Position numbers and translations under genes: made by a program. This document shows positions 24,697 through 39,153 of a stretch of DNA of 64,000 bases, one piece after another. Below the pieces are notes generated by a model. That model was not told where the DNA came from. It made no database searches and saw nothing but the letters and a program-made list of their open reading frames with translations. Position 1 is the stretch's first letter; each line of letters starts with the position of its first letter. The stretch comes from Octopus sinensis (lineage: Eukaryota), in NCBI RefSeq assembly GCF_006345805.1, contig NC_043026.1, positions 9,734,001 through 9,798,000 on the forward strand. Direction: 5' to 3'.

Positions 24697-25875
24697 CTAC
24701 TCTTTTTTCTCTCTTGTATGAATATATTTGTGTACAGAAAGATTACTGCTGACAGAGAATGATTTACTACAAAGATCACAGTGATATGGCTTCTCTCCTG
24801 TATGAGTACGTTTGTGTGTAGTTAAAGCGCTATTTTGAGAGAATGATTTGCCACAGATGTCACAGTGATATGGAGTCGTTCCTGTATGAGTAAGTCTGTG
24901 TGAAGTCAAGGTACCACTCTGAGAGAATGATTTACCACAGATATCACAATGATGTGGTCTCTCTCCTGTATGAATACGTTTGTGTGAAGACAGTTTACTC
25001 GCATCAGAAAACGATTTATTACAAACATCACAATGATAGGGTTTCTCTCCTGTATGAGTACGTTTATGTATAGTTACATCGTTACTACGAGAGAATGATT
25101 TACCACATATATCACAGTGATATGGTCTCTCTCCTGTATGAGTACGTTTGTGTATAGTTAAGGAACTACTGTTAGAGAATGGCTTACCACAGATATCACA
25201 GTGATATGGCTTCTCTCCTGTATGAATGCGTTTGTGTACAGAAAGACTACTTGTCCGAGAGAATGATTTCCCACAAACATCACAATGATGTGGCTTCTCC
25301 CCTGTATGAGAACGTTTGTGTACAATTAACTCAGTACTTTGACAGAATGATTTACCACAGATATCGCAATGATATGGTTTCTCTCCTGTATGAATACGTT
25401 TATGTGCAATAACGTGACAACTATTAGAGAATGATTTACCACAGATATCACAATGATATGGCTTCTCTCCTGTATGAATACGTTTATGTCCAGTTAAGGC
25501 ACTACTTTGAGAGAATGATTTACTACAGACATCACAGTGATATGGCCTTTCTCCTGTATGAATTCGTCTGTGGGCAGTTAAAGGACTAGTTTTTGAGAAT
25601 GATTTACCACAGATATCACAATGATACGGTTTCTCTCCTGTGTGAATATGTTTGTGAGCGGTTAAAGGACTACTCTGAGAGAATGATTTACCACAAATAT
25701 CACAATGATATGGCTTCTCTCCTGTATGAACACGTTTGTGTACAGTTAAGTCCCTATTGCGAGAGAACAATTTACCACAGGTGTCACAGTGAAATGGCTT
25801 CTCTCTAGTATGAATACTTTTGTGTTCAGTGAGGTCACTTTTTTGAGAAGGATCTTTTACAGACATCACAGTCAT
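24697..25875 (-). CDS. Z4: leaderless C2H2 ORF, 392 aa, 13 intact fingers; canonical ATG (25950) closed by TAA after 13 codons (possible pseudogene)
   Basis: TAA at 25911-25909, a small insertion in the leader and a 2-bp deletion in finger 1. All 13 downstream fingers keep C/C/H/H. Acceptor 26112-13 and donor 26211-12 are intact. Confidence 0.7.
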   Translation of the reverse strand: MTVMSVKDPSQKSDLTEHKSIHTREKPFHCDTCGKLFSRNRDLTVHKRVHTGEKPYHCDICGKSFSQSSPLTAHKHIHTGEKPYHCDICGKSFSKTSPLTAHRRIHTGERPYHCDVCSKSFSQSSALTGHKRIHTGEKPYHCDICGKSFSNSCHVIAHKRIHTGEKPYHCDICGKSFCQSTELIVHKRSHTGEKPHHCDVCGKSFSRTSSLSVHKRIHTGEKPYHCDICGKPFSNSSSLTIHKRTHTGERPYHCDICGKSFSRSNDVTIHKRTHTGEKPYHCDVCNKSFSDASKLSSHKRIHTGERPHHCDICGKSFSQSGTLTSHRLTHTGTTPYHCDICGKSFSQNSALTTHKRTHTGEKPYHCDLCSKSFSVSSNLSVHKYIHTREKKE

Positions 25876-26999
25876 ATGACGACTTTCTTATCCCTTTTAT
25901 CATATGTCTTAATGTGAAATCAATTCTTCTACTTTCTCAGTCTTTTCCATTATTTTTCTCCTCAAATCACAATGTATTTATATTGTTCTTGTTTTCCTTC
26001 TTATAGTTCACTCTTTACAAAGAATTTGCTTTGTACATCAATTCCTATCAGTCTTAAAAGATGATAAATATTGAGGATGTATCTTCAGTTATCCCAATGT
26101 CATCTGATATTCTGAAATAATAAAGAAACATCAGTGTAAGATACAGAGGCTACTTAAAAAAACACAGATTCAAAGGTGGAAAATTTACATTTCTACAGAA
26201 ATAAACATTTACCTGAACAACTGAACTTATAATTTAACATTGTTGTTTAACCCTGAGGTGTCTCTGAGCAGAAATATGATTAAAGACTTTTCACCCTTTC
26301 TTTCTCTTTAGCATTGTATAGCTAGGATCACATCATCCAATAGTCTTCAATACTCATAAATGAAAGGTGAAATTTAAGGGAAATGTGCAGTTATTTCTAG
26401 TATGTCAGATGACCACAGAGAGCTATGAAGAAAGCTATGTTTTTGATTTATCCTACACCTCCAAAATTTTAAGCTTTTCAGAGGTAATTCCTGATGGAAA
26501 AGAGGCTCTAGAAGGTTTTATATTCATTGCTTTGTCTATAATGGTAAGGGAGGTTCTCTTTCCCCACTTCATTTTCTACAATTAGGAACCTTTCCTCATA
26601 GCACCTCCATGTGACAAGTGAGAGAAGTAGCCTTGCCCCAACCAAGGCTATGGTAAGAATGTGAGGGCATGGAAAGTGTGTGAGTATGCATGTGAAAGAG
26701 AGTAGCAAGGGCTGCAGCAGTTGGGGGTCGTGGGTAGGGTAAAGGGAATGTTGATAAGATAGGTTGTGGGAGATTTTTGACAGAGGGCAGATATAGGGAG
26801 GGTTAAGGCATGGTTGTAAAGGAGATGTTTGTATATATGGCCAATATTTTACTTAGTTTGAGTTCTCAAGTGCAACAAATCACCAGATTTCTTGGTCCTT
26901 TGTTGTCTCCTCTGTGAGGCTCAAAATCTGAAGGTCATTTCTCATCACTTTGTCCTACATTTTCCTGGGTCTTGCAAAGATTCCCTCCATAATCAGAAA

Positions 27000-27625
27000 T
27001 AGACATGGAATGTGGTGGTAAAGCACGACCTTCAAACGTTGAGCTTCACAGAGCCAATGATAAGACACCAAGACCTTTGGAGACAGGCTGTGATTGAGAA
27101 GAACCGGCAAGTAAAGGAGATCACAGCCATGGCCTATACCAGCCCATTTAAAAGTACACTTGAATCATCAGGCAATACACTGCGCTTGAGAAGACCTACC
27201 GAGTCAAGTAAAAATCAATCAAAAAATCAAATCAAAATGGAAATTGTAGTTGTGGATGAGCCAATGCCACCTGACGACATGTAACAAGTACCATTCAAGT
27301 GTGAGTTGATGCCAGTGCCGCCTGACTGGCTACTGTGCTGGTCGCACATAAAAAAAACAAAAAAACATTCGAATGTGGCTGCTGCCAGTGGCACATAAAA
27401 AGCACCAAATGTGGTTGATGCCAGTGCTGCTTGACAGGCTCCCATGCCAGTGGCACATAAAAACCACCCACTACACTCTTGGAATTGTTGGCATTAGGAA
27501 GGGCATCCAGCTATAGAAACCTTGCCACATCAGATTGGAGCCTGGTGCACCCTACTGGCTTGCTAGTCCCAAGTCAAACCATCCAATGCATATCAGCATG
27601 GAAACAGATGCTAAACGATGATGAT
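27000..27625 (+). mobile_element. RTE-LINE 3' end (ORF C-terminus plus family D UTR)
   Basis: TWNVVVKHDLQTLSFTEPMIRHQDLWRQAVIEKNR, then (AAATC)n, ~60-bp units and a (GAT)n tail. Confidence 0.7.
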
Positions 27626-28017
<392 letters not shown>

Positions 28018-29103
28018 TCAATCACATGGTTTCTCTCCTGTATGAATACATCTGTGTGCAGTTAGGTGACTACTGTCAGAGAATGATTTACCACAGATAT
28101 CACACTGATATGGTTTCTCTCCTGTATGAGTACGTTTGTGTCTAGGTAAAGCACTGCTATCAGAGAATGATTTACCACAAATATCACAATGATGTGGCTT
28201 CTCTCCTGTATGAGTACGTCTGTGCGTAGTAATGTGCAGAATTCTAGAAAAGGATTTACCACAGATATCACAATGATAGGGATTCTCTCCTGTATGAATA
28301 CGTTTATGTACAGTTAAGTCACTATTGCAAGTGAAAGATTTACCACAGATATCACAAGGATATGGCTTCTCTCCTGTATGAATATATCTATGAGCAGCTA
28401 AGTGACTATTTTGTGAGAATGATTTACCACAGCTGTCACAGTGATACAGTTTCTCTCCTGTATGGTTACGTTTATGTGTGGTTAAGTGGCAATTCTTAGA
28501 GAATGATTTACCACAGATATCACAATGGTATGGCTTCTCTCCTGTATGAGTACGTTTGTGTGAAGTCAAGGTATTACTGTCAGAGAATGATTTACCACAG
28601 ATATCACAGTGGTATGGTTTCTCCCCTGTATGAATACGTTTATGTCTAGGTAAAGCACTGCTATCAGAGAATGATTTACCACAGATATCACAATGATATG
28701 GTTTCTCTCCTGTATGAATACGTATATGTGTAGTTAAGTCACTACTGCGAGAGAACAATTTACCACAAACATCACAATGAAATGGCTTCTCTCCAGTATG
28801 AATACATTTGTGTTTAGTTAAGTGACATCTTTGAGAGAATGAAATGCCACAGATATCACAACGATATGGCTTCTCTCCTGTATGAGTACGTATATGTGTA
28901 GTTAAGTCACAACCGCGAGAGAACGATTTACCACAGACATCACAATGAAATGGCTTCTCTCCAGTATGAATACGTTTGTGTTTAGTTAAATTACTTTTTT
29001 GAGAGAAGGACCTTTTACAGACATCACAGTCATATGAAGACTTTTTCATCTCTTTTATGTCTTCATGGGAAATCAATTCTTCTACTTTCTCAGTCTTTTC
29101 CAT
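28018..29103 (-). CDS. Z5: C2H2 zinc-finger protein, 361 aa, 12 fingers
   Basis: ATG-initiated ORF; ends TGT GAT TGA at the start of a 13th finger; acceptor 29265-66. Confidence 0.92.
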   Translation of the reverse strand: MEKTEKVEELISHEDIKEMKKSSYDCDVCKRSFSQKSNLTKHKRIHTGEKPFHCDVCGKSFSRGCDLTTHIRTHTGEKPYRCDICGISFSQRCHLTKHKCIHTGEKPFHCDVCGKLFSRSSDLTTHIRIHTGEKPYHCDICGKSFSDSSALPRHKRIHTGEKPYHCDICGKSFSDSNTLTSHKRTHTGEKPYHCDICGKSFSKNCHLTTHKRNHTGEKLYHCDSCGKSFSQNSHLAAHRYIHTGEKPYPCDICGKSFTCNSDLTVHKRIHTGENPYHCDICGKSFSRILHITTHRRTHTGEKPHHCDICGKSFSDSSALPRHKRTHTGEKPYQCDICGKSFSDSSHLTAHRCIHTGEKPCD

Positions 29104-29617
29104 TATTTTTCTCCTTGAATCACAATGTATATATATTGTTCCAGTTTTCCTTCTTATAGTTAAGTCTTTACAAAGAATTTGCTTAGTACATCAATTCCTA
29201 TCAGTTTTAAAATATGATAAATATTGAGGATGTATCTTCAGTTAGCCCAATGTCATATGATATTCTGAAATAATAAAGAAACATTAGTGTAAAATATGGA
29301 GGCTACTTAAAAAAGAAATACAGCTTCAAAAGTGGAAAATAAAAAAAAAATTGAATATCTCACAGTTCTTGCAATTCGTTCGAAAATGTCACCAAACGAT
29401 AAAATAAAATGTTGAAGTTCATTTGAGTTCCTCGAATGTGAACCATTCTGAAAGGTTGCTTCAGAATATTTTCAAAACATTCCTGTCAACTCATTTGCAT
29501 ACGCGCAAGTCGTTGTAGCATCGACTACTTACGACTAGCTAGCGCGAACGCGCGTACCGGGACCAGTATTCGCTAGTAGTACCCCTAAGTGTTGTTGTGT
29601 ATTTCAGATTATAGAAG

Positions 29618-30040
29618 GAGCGGCGAGCTGGCAGAAACGTTAGCACGCCGGGCGTAATGCTTAGCGGTATTTCGTCTGCCGTTACGTTCTGAGTTCAAAT
29701 TCCGCCGAGGTCGACTTTGCCTTTCATCCTTTCGGGGTCGATAAATTAAGTACCAGTTACGCACTGGGGTCGATGTAATCGACTTAATACCTATGTCTGT
29801 CCTTGTTTGTCCCCTCTGTGTTTAGCCCCTTGTGGGTAATAAAGAAATAGGTATTTCGTCTGCCGTTACGTTCTGAGTTCAAATTTCACCGAGGTCGACT
29901 TTGCTTTTCATCCTTTCGGTGTCGATAAATAAAGTACCAGATTCGCACTGGGGGGTTGATATAATCGACTTAATCCCTTTGTCTGTCCTTGTTTGTCCCC
30001 TCTATGTTTATTTAGCCCCTTGTGGGCAGTAAAGAAATAT
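29618..30040 (+). mobile_element. Family B SINE, head plus two bodies
   Basis: Body restarts at aaagaaata|ggtatttcgtctgccg (~29848). Confidence 0.85.
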
Positions 30041-30090
30041 ATATATCAGATTATTTCTAAACTGAAGTGTTCTAGTATATTTGAGGAAAT

Positions 30091-30504
30091 GGCAATCTTT
30101 CGTCGATTTCCGTAAAAAAATTTTTTTTTTACATATGGGCTTGCGGGAACTTTTGAAGTAATGAGAGCGAAAGAGACTAAGAGAAAGCGATTGTATGACG
30201 AGGGAAGTTCTTTTGAAGTTACCATGCATGGCAAGCATTGATGGACATGTGTGTGTGTGTGTGTGTGTGTGTTTGATGGGGTGTGGGAGACAGACAGTAT
30301 GTTGTGTAAGTGAAGTGCTTCTGTTAGTGTGTGTGAAGAGACAGAGAGAGTAATGTGTGAAAGAAAGAGATAACTGAAATTTTTTACTCGGTGTATGTGT
30401 ATATGTATGTATATTACTTTAAAAGTTCCCGCAAGCCCATATGTAAAAAAAAAAATTTTTTTACGGAAATCGACGGAAAGGTCTACTAGAGACGAAAGAT
30501 CGCC
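30091..30504. mobile_element. Long-TIR MITE (Merlin-like) with 8-bp TSD
   Basis: TSD gaggaaat at 30083-90 and 30505-12; termini ggcaatc / gatcgcc. Confidence 0.88.
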
Positions 30505-30682
30505 GAGGAAATTTCTCAAACTAAAACATGCAACAAGCTAACGGGGCAACGACGGAGAATGTTGAAGGTAGCTTCCAGGTAGAAATAGCAGCTAAATCTC
30601 ACACGAATCGTAGACATCTGCCAAACAAAGAAACGACACGTCAAGACAGAATTAAACAGATTAAATATTTTCATTGTTTAAT

Positions 30683-30837
30683 ACTTACAGAGATGTGTCA
30701 TGAAAGATGGAGCTGTTATAAAGTGTGTGTATGATATGTATTAAGCGTACTTTTAAGTGTTTGTAGAAGTTAAATAAGAGAAACGATTTGTTTCAATGTC
30801 CAAGTGAATGCGGCAGTACAATTAATGCGCATGCGTA
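30683..30837 (-). promoter_or_regulatory. Z5 promoter / exon-1 module
   Basis: TGCGCATGCGTA at 30826-37; donor GTAAGT at 30688-30683. Confidence 0.65.
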
Positions 30838-30901
30838 TAGTTTGATAAAAAACACTTACGGGAGGTAACTCTTGTTGGAATTTTTAACCGTAATAAAATT
30901 T

Positions 30902-32033
30902 TTATTTTTCGTTTTTGAATTTGGTTTACAAGATTCTTTATGTGAATTCGTGTGTTGAAGCATATCCTGTTGTGTCTGGGGAGAGTCATTTTCTTTTTGT
31001 ACCTTATAATGTAACACACTCACCGGTAGAATTTCCACTTATTTCTTATTTTCCTAAAGTTTTCGTTGCATCTTCAACCTTTTCAATAGTCTTGATTGAC
31101 TCTCTTTACTTGTTTCAGTCATTTGACTGCGGCCATGCTGGAGCACCGCCTTTCAGTCGAGCAAATCGACCCCGGGAATTATTCTTTGTAAGCCCAGTAC
31201 TTATTCTATCGGTGTCTTTTGTCGAACCGCTAAGTGACGGGGACGTAAACACACCAGCATCGGTTGTCAAGCAATGCTAGGGGGACAAACACAGACACAC
31301 AAACATACATATATACGACGGGCTTCTTTCAGTTTCCGTCTACCAAATCCACTCACAAGGCTTTGGTCGGCCCGAGGCTATAGTAGAAGACACTTGCCCA
31401 AGGTGCCACGCAGTGGGACTGAACCCGGAACCATGTGGCTGGTTAGCAAGCTACTTACCACACAGCCACTCCTTTATTTTTCGTTTTTGAATTTGGTTTA
31501 CAAGATTCTTTATATGAGTTCGTGTGTTGAAGCATATTCTGTTGTGTCTGGGGAGAGTCATTTTCTTTTTGTACCTTATAATGTAACGCACTCATCGGTA
31601 AAATTTCCACTTATTTCTTATTTTCCTAAAGTTTTCGTTGCATCTTCAACCTTTTCAATAGTCTTGACTCTCTTTACTTGTTTCAGTCATTTGACTGCGG
31701 CCATGCTGGAGCACTGCCTTCAGTCGAGCAAATCGACCCCAGGACTTATTCTTTGTAAGCCCAGTACTTATTCTATCGGTGTCTTTTGCCGAACCGCTAA
31801 GTGACGGGGACGTAAACACACCAGCATCGGTTGTCAAGCAATGCTAGGGGGACAAACACATACATACATATATACGACAGGCTTCTTTCAGTTTCCATCT
31901 ACCAAATCCACTCACAAGGCATTGGTTGGCCCGGGGCTATAGCAGAAGACACTTGCCCAAGATGCCACGCAGTGGGACTGAACCCGGAACCATGTGGTTG
32001 GTTAGCAAGCTACTTACCACACAGCTACTCCTG
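30902..32033 (-). repeat. Tandem duplication (~573 bp) of unique flank plus family A SINE
   Basis: ttatttttcgtttttgaatttgg...aatagtcttga at ~30902 and ~31475, each followed by a minus-strand SINE. Confidence 0.85.
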
Positions 32034-32211
32034 TGCCAACTTTCTACGACAGATTCCATCGTAAGAGTGATGTCAACAGCATATACTAGTTCCCAAGGAT
32101 AGCCATACAAGCCATGAGTAGGGATACTGTCAGTAAAGTGAGAATCAGCCATGAGAACACATACAAATTTAGTGTCAGTTCCTTCCGATTCATCAAAGTC
32201 TTCCAGGCCAC

Positions 32212-32560
32212 ATCATCATCATCGTTTAACGTCCGTTCTCCATGCTAGCATGGGTTGGACGGTTCAACTGGGGTCTGTGAAGCCAGAAGGCTGCACCAGG
32301 CTCCGGTCTTATCTGGCAGTTTCTACAGCTGGATGCCCTTCCTAACGCCAACCACTCCGTGAGTGTAGTGGATGCTTTTTACGTGCCACCAGCACTGGTG
32401 CCAGGCGAGGCTGGCATCGGCCACGGTCGGATTGGTGTATTTTATGGAAGCCAGTCAAGGCGGCACTGGCTTTGGCTACGATTCGGATGGTGCTTTTTAC
32501 GTGCCACCGACATGGAAGCCAGTCGAGGCGGCGCTGGCATCGGCCACAATTCGGATGGTG
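32212..32560 (-). mobile_element. Family D RTE 3' tail
   Basis: catcatcatcgtttaacgtcc...ggatgcccttcctaacgcc is the reverse complement of the family D end. Confidence 0.8.
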
Positions 32561-32786
32561 CAACAGAAGAATTTAAAGCTGGCTATCCTTGGGAGCTAGT
32601 ATATGCAGTTGACATCACTCTTGCTATGGAATCTGAAAGTTGTTATCAAAATATGCAGAAGCTGACTCTGGCTTTGCATCTGGACTCTTTGTGACTAGAT
32701 TTCAAATACCATTGTTCCTGAGTTATGCTTTAACTGTACACAAAACCCAGAGCATTTCAGTTGATGGCATTGTAGTTGATTATGTG

Positions 32787-32990
32787 GAGGCGTGTGGCTT
32801 AATGGTTAGGGTGTCAGCATCATGATCGTAAGATTGTGGTTTCGATTCCTGGACCGGGTGACGTGTTGTGTTCTTGAGCAAAACACTTCATTTCACGTTG
32901 CTCCACTCCACTCATCTGGCAAAAATGAGTAACACTGCGATGGACTGGCGTCCCGTCCAGCTGAAGAACATATACGCCATTGAAACGGGG
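32787..32990 (+). mobile_element. tRNA-derived SINE with CORE/V-like segments
   Basis: ggaggcgtgtggcttaatggttaggg...ggtttcgattcc head; ttgagcaaaacactt; gcgatggactggcgtcccgtccag. Confidence 0.6.
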
Positions 32991-32999
32991 AAAGCAGGA

Positions 33000-33402
33000 A
33001 GGCGGCGAGCTGGCAGAAACGTCAGCACGCCGGGCGAAATGCGCAGCCGTTACGTTCTGAGTTCAAATTCCGCCGAGGTCGACTTTGTCTATCATCCTTT
33101 CGGGGTCGATAAATTAAGTACCAGTTACGCACTGGGGTTGATGTAATCGACTTAATATCTATGTCTGTCCTTGTTTGCCCCCTCTATGTTTAGCCCCTTG
33201 TGGGTAGTAAAGAAATAGGTATTTCGTCTGCCGTTACATTCTGAGTTCAAATTACGCCGAGGTCGACTTTGTCTTTCATCTTTTCGGGGTCGATAAATTA
33301 AGTACCAGTTACGCACTGGGGTTGATGTAATCGACTTAATATCTATGTCTGTCCTTGTTTGTCCCCTCTATGTTTAGCCCCTTGTGGGTAGTCGAGAAAT
33401 AG
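33000..33402 (+). mobile_element. Family B SINE, head plus two bodies
   Basis: Second body starts at aaata|ggtatttcgtctgcc (~33217). Confidence 0.85.
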
Positions 33403-33925
33403 GTGTTGTAGTTGATTTGGGATCTGATGTCCTTTCAGATGGAGTGGCTTGTGTTGACTTGTCACATGTTTGAAAGTTGTGCAATGGTTATTATTCGATT
33501 GATTCAGACCCTCATAAATTGACAATGTGTGACAAAAGTGCATGAACTGAATAAAAGAGACTGAGACCCCAAAGAAATAGGCCTGATTTGCCACCACTTC
33601 TTTCATGTTGTGCTAAGCCACATAGTTTATTAATGTATAAAAAAATATCATATAAAAGAAAAAAATACATTGACATTGATTTAGCACAAAAAAATGCTGA
33701 TGACAAAAAGAAATGGCAAAATTTCAATCACAACAATATTGACTTCAATTTGGAATTTGCCAACACCATAGTTCAGACAATTTATCAGAAGCTCTCACTT
33801 TTATGACATTATTACAACTAATGTCAGTATAGACTTGACCTGTCGAGAGGTTAAGAGAATTTTAGTTCTTAGCATTCCAAATGTAGCTGATCTGAGAGGA
33901 TTGGTGGAAAAAATTTGCTGTTTTA

Positions 33926-34949
<1,024 letters not shown>

Positions 34950-35608
34950 TTATATTGTTCCTGTTTTCCTTCTTATAGTTCACTCTTTATAAAGAATTTG
35001 CTTTGTACATCAATTCCTTTCAGTCTTAAAAGATGATAAATATTGAGGATATTTCTTCAGTTATCCCAATGTCATGATATTCTGAAATAATAAAGAAACA
35101 TCAGTGTAAAATATGGAGGCTACTTAAAAAAATCGAGGTCTCTTCTGTTTTGTAGTGGGGGTCGTTGTTTATGGACATATTTGACATCTTTAACATATTC
35201 TTGTCAACAAAAAAGCCATAAATTTTGTTAATATATTTAATAAGTGCATCGTTTATAACTTAATAAACAGTAATATACAGTAATTAATATACAGTAAACT
35301 GTAGAAGTGATATTCAACAAACACATGTAGGGCTACCAGGATGAACAGTTTCAGAATAGAGGCTCCTACATTATGGAAAAAAAGCATGGGTGCAGGGGTT
35401 AGAGAGAAAATTTGTAAAGAAAGAAAAAAACTGAAATCTTTGGAAATACATTAGTTTCAGAGTCATAATTACCATTACTTAAATCACAGGAATATTACAA
35501 AGAAGACGCTTACAGAAGAAACCGTTCAAACTGCCGTTATCTTTTCTCTTGTGTATGAATACATTTGTGAACAGTTAATTTACAACATACAATGAATAAT
35601 TTACCACT

Positions 35609-36000
35609 TGTGAAGACCTGTTGAGGCAAGTGAAAATCAAAATCGTAATCTATCAACATCAGTGGAATTTGTAGCTGTGATACCAGTGCCGGTGGCACGT
35701 AAGAGAACCATCCGAACGTGGCCATAGCCAGCGCAACACTGACTGGCTTTCGTGCCGGTGGCACGTGAAAAGCACCATCTGACCGTGGCCGTTGCCAGCC
35801 TCCTCTGGCACCTGTGCCGGTGGCACGTAAAAAGCACCCACTACACTCACGGAGTGGTTGGCATTAGGAAGGGCATCCAGCCGTAGAAACACTGCCAGAT
35901 CAGACTGGGCCTGGTGCAGCCTTCTGGCTTCCCAGACCCCGGTCGAACCGTCCAACCCATGCTAGCATGGAAAGCGGACGTTAAACGATGATGATGATGT
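35609..36000 (+). mobile_element. Family D RTE 3' tail inserted into a decayed finger of Z7
   Basis: Flanks read EKPSH | insert | GKLFIVCCKLTVHKCIHTQEKR* on the minus strand. Confidence 0.8.
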
Positions 36001-36082
36001 GTGTGAGATGGCTTCTCTCTAGTACGAGTACGTTTATGAAAGGTCATAGTATTACTGTGAGAGAGTCACCTTAGATATCACA

Positions 36083-37165
36083 CTAAAATGGTTTCTCTTC
36101 AGTATGAATATTTTTATGTATATTTAAGTCACTACCAACAGAGAATGATTTACCACAGATATCACAGTGATATGGCCTTTCTCCAGTATGAAGACGTCTG
36201 TGGACAGTTAAATAACCATTTTGAGAGAATGATTTACCACAGATATCACAGCCATATGGCTTCTCTCCTGTATGAATACGTTTGTGAGCAGTTAACGTAC
36301 TACTTTGGGTGAATGATTTACCACAGATATCACACTGATATGGTTTCTCCCCTGTATGAATACGTTTGTGTGAAGAGAGAGTGCTACTGTCAGAGAATGA
36401 TTTACCACAAATATCACAATGATGTGGCTTGTCTCCTGTATGAATACGCTTGTGTACAATTAAAGCACTACCATCAGACAATGATTTACCACAGATATCA
36501 CAATGAAATGGTTTCTCTCCCGTGTGAATACGTCTGTGTTTTTTTAACTCACTATTTTGGGAGACTGCTTTACCACAGATATCACAGTGATATGCTTCCT
36601 CTCCAGTATGAAGACGTTTGTGTACAGTCAAAGCAGAACTGACAGTGAATGATTTACCACAGATATCACAGTGGTACGGTTTCTCTCCTGTATGAATACG
36701 TCTGTGGGCAGATAATGTACCATTCTCACTGAATGATTTACCACAGATATCACAATGATATGGTTTCTCTCCTGTATGAATACGTCTGTGGGCAGTTATA
36801 TGACCACTTTGAGAGAATGATTTACCACAGATATCACAATGATACAATCTCTCTCCTGTATGAATATATTTGTGTCTAGTTAAGTGACAACTGCGATAGA
36901 ATGATTTACCACAGACATCACAAGGATATAGCTTTCCTTTTGTATGAATATATTTGTGTACAGTTAGATTACGCTTCTGAGAAAATGATTTGCCACAGAC
37001 ATCACAGTAATACAACTTCTCTCCTGTATGAATAAGTTTGTGTTCAGTTAGGTTACTTTTTCGAGAGAAGGATCTTTTACAGACATCACAGTCATATGAC
37101 AACTTTCTTATCCCTTTTATGTTTTCATGGGAAATCAATTCTTCAACCTTTTTGCTCTTTTCCAT
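36083..37165 (-). CDS. Z7: C2H2 zinc-finger protein, 360 aa, 12 fingers
   Basis: ATG at 37165; stop TAG at the start of a 13th finger; intron 37326-37426. Confidence 0.92.
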   Translation of the reverse strand: MEKSKKVEELISHENIKGIRKLSYDCDVCKRSFSRKSNLTEHKLIHTGEKLYYCDVCGKSFSQKRNLTVHKYIHTKGKLYPCDVCGKSFYRSCHLTRHKYIHTGERLYHCDICGKSFSQSGHITAHRRIHTGEKPYHCDICGKSFSENGTLSAHRRIHTGEKPYHCDICGKSFTVSSALTVHKRLHTGEEAYHCDICGKAVSQNSELKKHRRIHTGEKPFHCDICGKSLSDGSALIVHKRIHTGDKPHHCDICGKSFSDSSTLSSHKRIHTGEKPYQCDICGKSFTQSSTLTAHKRIHTGEKPYGCDICGKSFSQNGYLTVHRRLHTGERPYHCDICGKSFSVGSDLNIHKNIHTEEKPF

Positions 37166-37483
37166 TATTTTCCTCCTCAAATCACAATGTATTTATATTG
37201 TTCTTGTTTTCCTTCTTATAGTTCACTCTTTACAAAGAATTTGCTTTGTACATCAATTCCTATCAGTCTTAAAAGATGATAAATATTGAGGATGTATCTT
37301 CTCTTATCCAATGTCATCTGATATTCTGAAATAAGAAAGAAAGATCAGTGTAAAATATGGAGGCTACTTAAAAAAACACAGATTCAAATGAGGAAAATTT
37401 ACATTTCCACAGAAATAAAAATTTACCTGAACAACTGAAATTATAATTTGACATTGTTGTTTAACCCTGAGGCATCTCTAACT

Positions 37484-37906
37484 CAGTGTTTTTCAACGAG
37501 GGTTTCGCCAGTACAGTCCAGGGGTTCCGCAAGAAGTTACAAAACTGCTAAAATCGGCTGTAATTCTTAATTCTCCTGTGCAGATATATGTGCATAAGAC
37601 TAATAAATTATTGCACAGGGGTTCCTCGAGGCAGTGGAATGTTTCCTTGGGGTTCCGCTCCAGCAAAAAGATTGAAAAGCACTGGTCTAACTGACTGTGT
37701 CTAACTCAGTGGTTTTCAACCAGGGTTCCACCAGACAGTCCAGGGGTTCCGCAAGAAGTTACAAAACTGCTAAAATCGGCTGTAATTCTTAATTCTCCTG
37801 TGCAGATATGTGTGCATAAGACTATTAAATTATTGCACAGGGGTTCCTCGAGCCAGTGGAATGTTTCCTTGGGGTTCCGCTCCAGTAAAAAGTTTGAAAA
37901 GCACTG
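37484..37906. mobile_element. Two tandem hAT-like MITEs (37484-37684, 37707-37906)
   Basis: CAGTG(g/t)ttttcaac...ttgaaaagCACTG termini; 8-bp ctctaact at 37476-83 and 37907-14; single ctctaact at the paralogous empty site (~13626). Confidence 0.88.
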
Positions 37907-38179
37907 CTCTAACTGAGCAGAAATACGTGTTGGTTTCCGAACATTTCAGTGGTTGGAGTCTATTTCAGAGTATTTTTCGAACCAAAACACACAAACTAAC
38001 GGGGCAGCGATAAAAAGTGGTGGTGGGTGTGGCTTCCACAGGCAGAAATAGCAGCCAAATCTCAAACAAATCATGGACATCTCTCATCCATAAAAGATGA
38101 GAGAGAGACACAAAGAATCGACACGTCAAAAAACCGAACGTCTACAGAATTAAAAGACTAAATATTTTCACTGTTTCAT

Positions 38180-38344
38180 ACTTACGGAAGGAAATGTTTC
38201 GCACAGGAAAGAATTGTTACAGAGTGTGTGTGTAAATTAGGGAAACGTATCGAAAGTGTCTGTAGAAGTTAATTAATAGAAACTGAGAAAGGAAACGGAA
38301 ATACTTTAATGCCAATGCGGAAGTACAATTAAGGCGCATGCGTA
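38180..38344 (-). promoter_or_regulatory. Z7 promoter / exon-1 module
   Basis: CGGAAGT at 38318-24, GGCGCATGCGTA at 38333-44, donor GTAAGT at 38185-80. Confidence 0.65.
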
Positions 38345-38384
38345 TCATATGAAACACATAGGGGAGGTAATGCTTGTCGGTACA

Positions 38385-38992
38385 TTTTCGTCTGCGTTAC
38401 GTTGTGAGTTCAAATTCCGCCGAGGTCGACTTTGCCTTTCATCCTTTCGGGGTCGATAAATTAAGTACCAGTTACGCACTGGGGTCGATGTAATCGACTT
38501 AATACCTATGTCTGTCCTTGTTTGTCCCCGCTGTGTTTAGCCCCTTGTGGGTAGTAAAGAAATAGGTACATTTCTGCTTAAAGCAATTCTTAGTCTGTCT
38601 CTTTCACTCTTTTACTTGTTTCAGTCATTTGACTGCGGCAATGCTGGAGCACCGCCTTTAGTCGAGCAAATCGACCCCCGGGACTTATTCTTTGTAAGCC
38701 CAGTACTTATTCTATCGTCTCTTTTGCCGAACCACTAAGTGACGGGGACGTAAACACACCAGCATCGGTTGTCAAGCAATGGTAGAGGGACAAACACACA
38801 CACACACAAACACGCACACATACACATATATACGACAGGCTTCTTTCAGTTTCCGTCTACCAAATCCACTCACAAGGCATTGGTCGGCCCGGGGCTATAG
38901 CAGAAGACACTTGCCCAAGTTGCCATGCAGTGGGACTGAACCTGGAACCATGTGGTTGGTTAGCAAGCTACTTACCACTCAGCCACTCCTGT
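38385..38992. mobile_element. Headless family B SINE (+, ~38385-38567) and family A SINE (-, ~38598-38992)
   Basis: Match to the other copies; ggtacattt on both sides of the family B body. Confidence 0.8.
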
Positions 38993-39153
38993 ATAAAAAA
39001 ATGTTCTTGCGCGATTTTTAGATATTTTATGTTAATGTAATTCCTAATAATGACACTGACTATAATCCTCAAAATCATCCTGGTTTCACACCCAATTCTG
39101 AAAGAAGAATTAGTTCTCATTCCTTTAATAATGATCTCTAGAAACGATGATTT

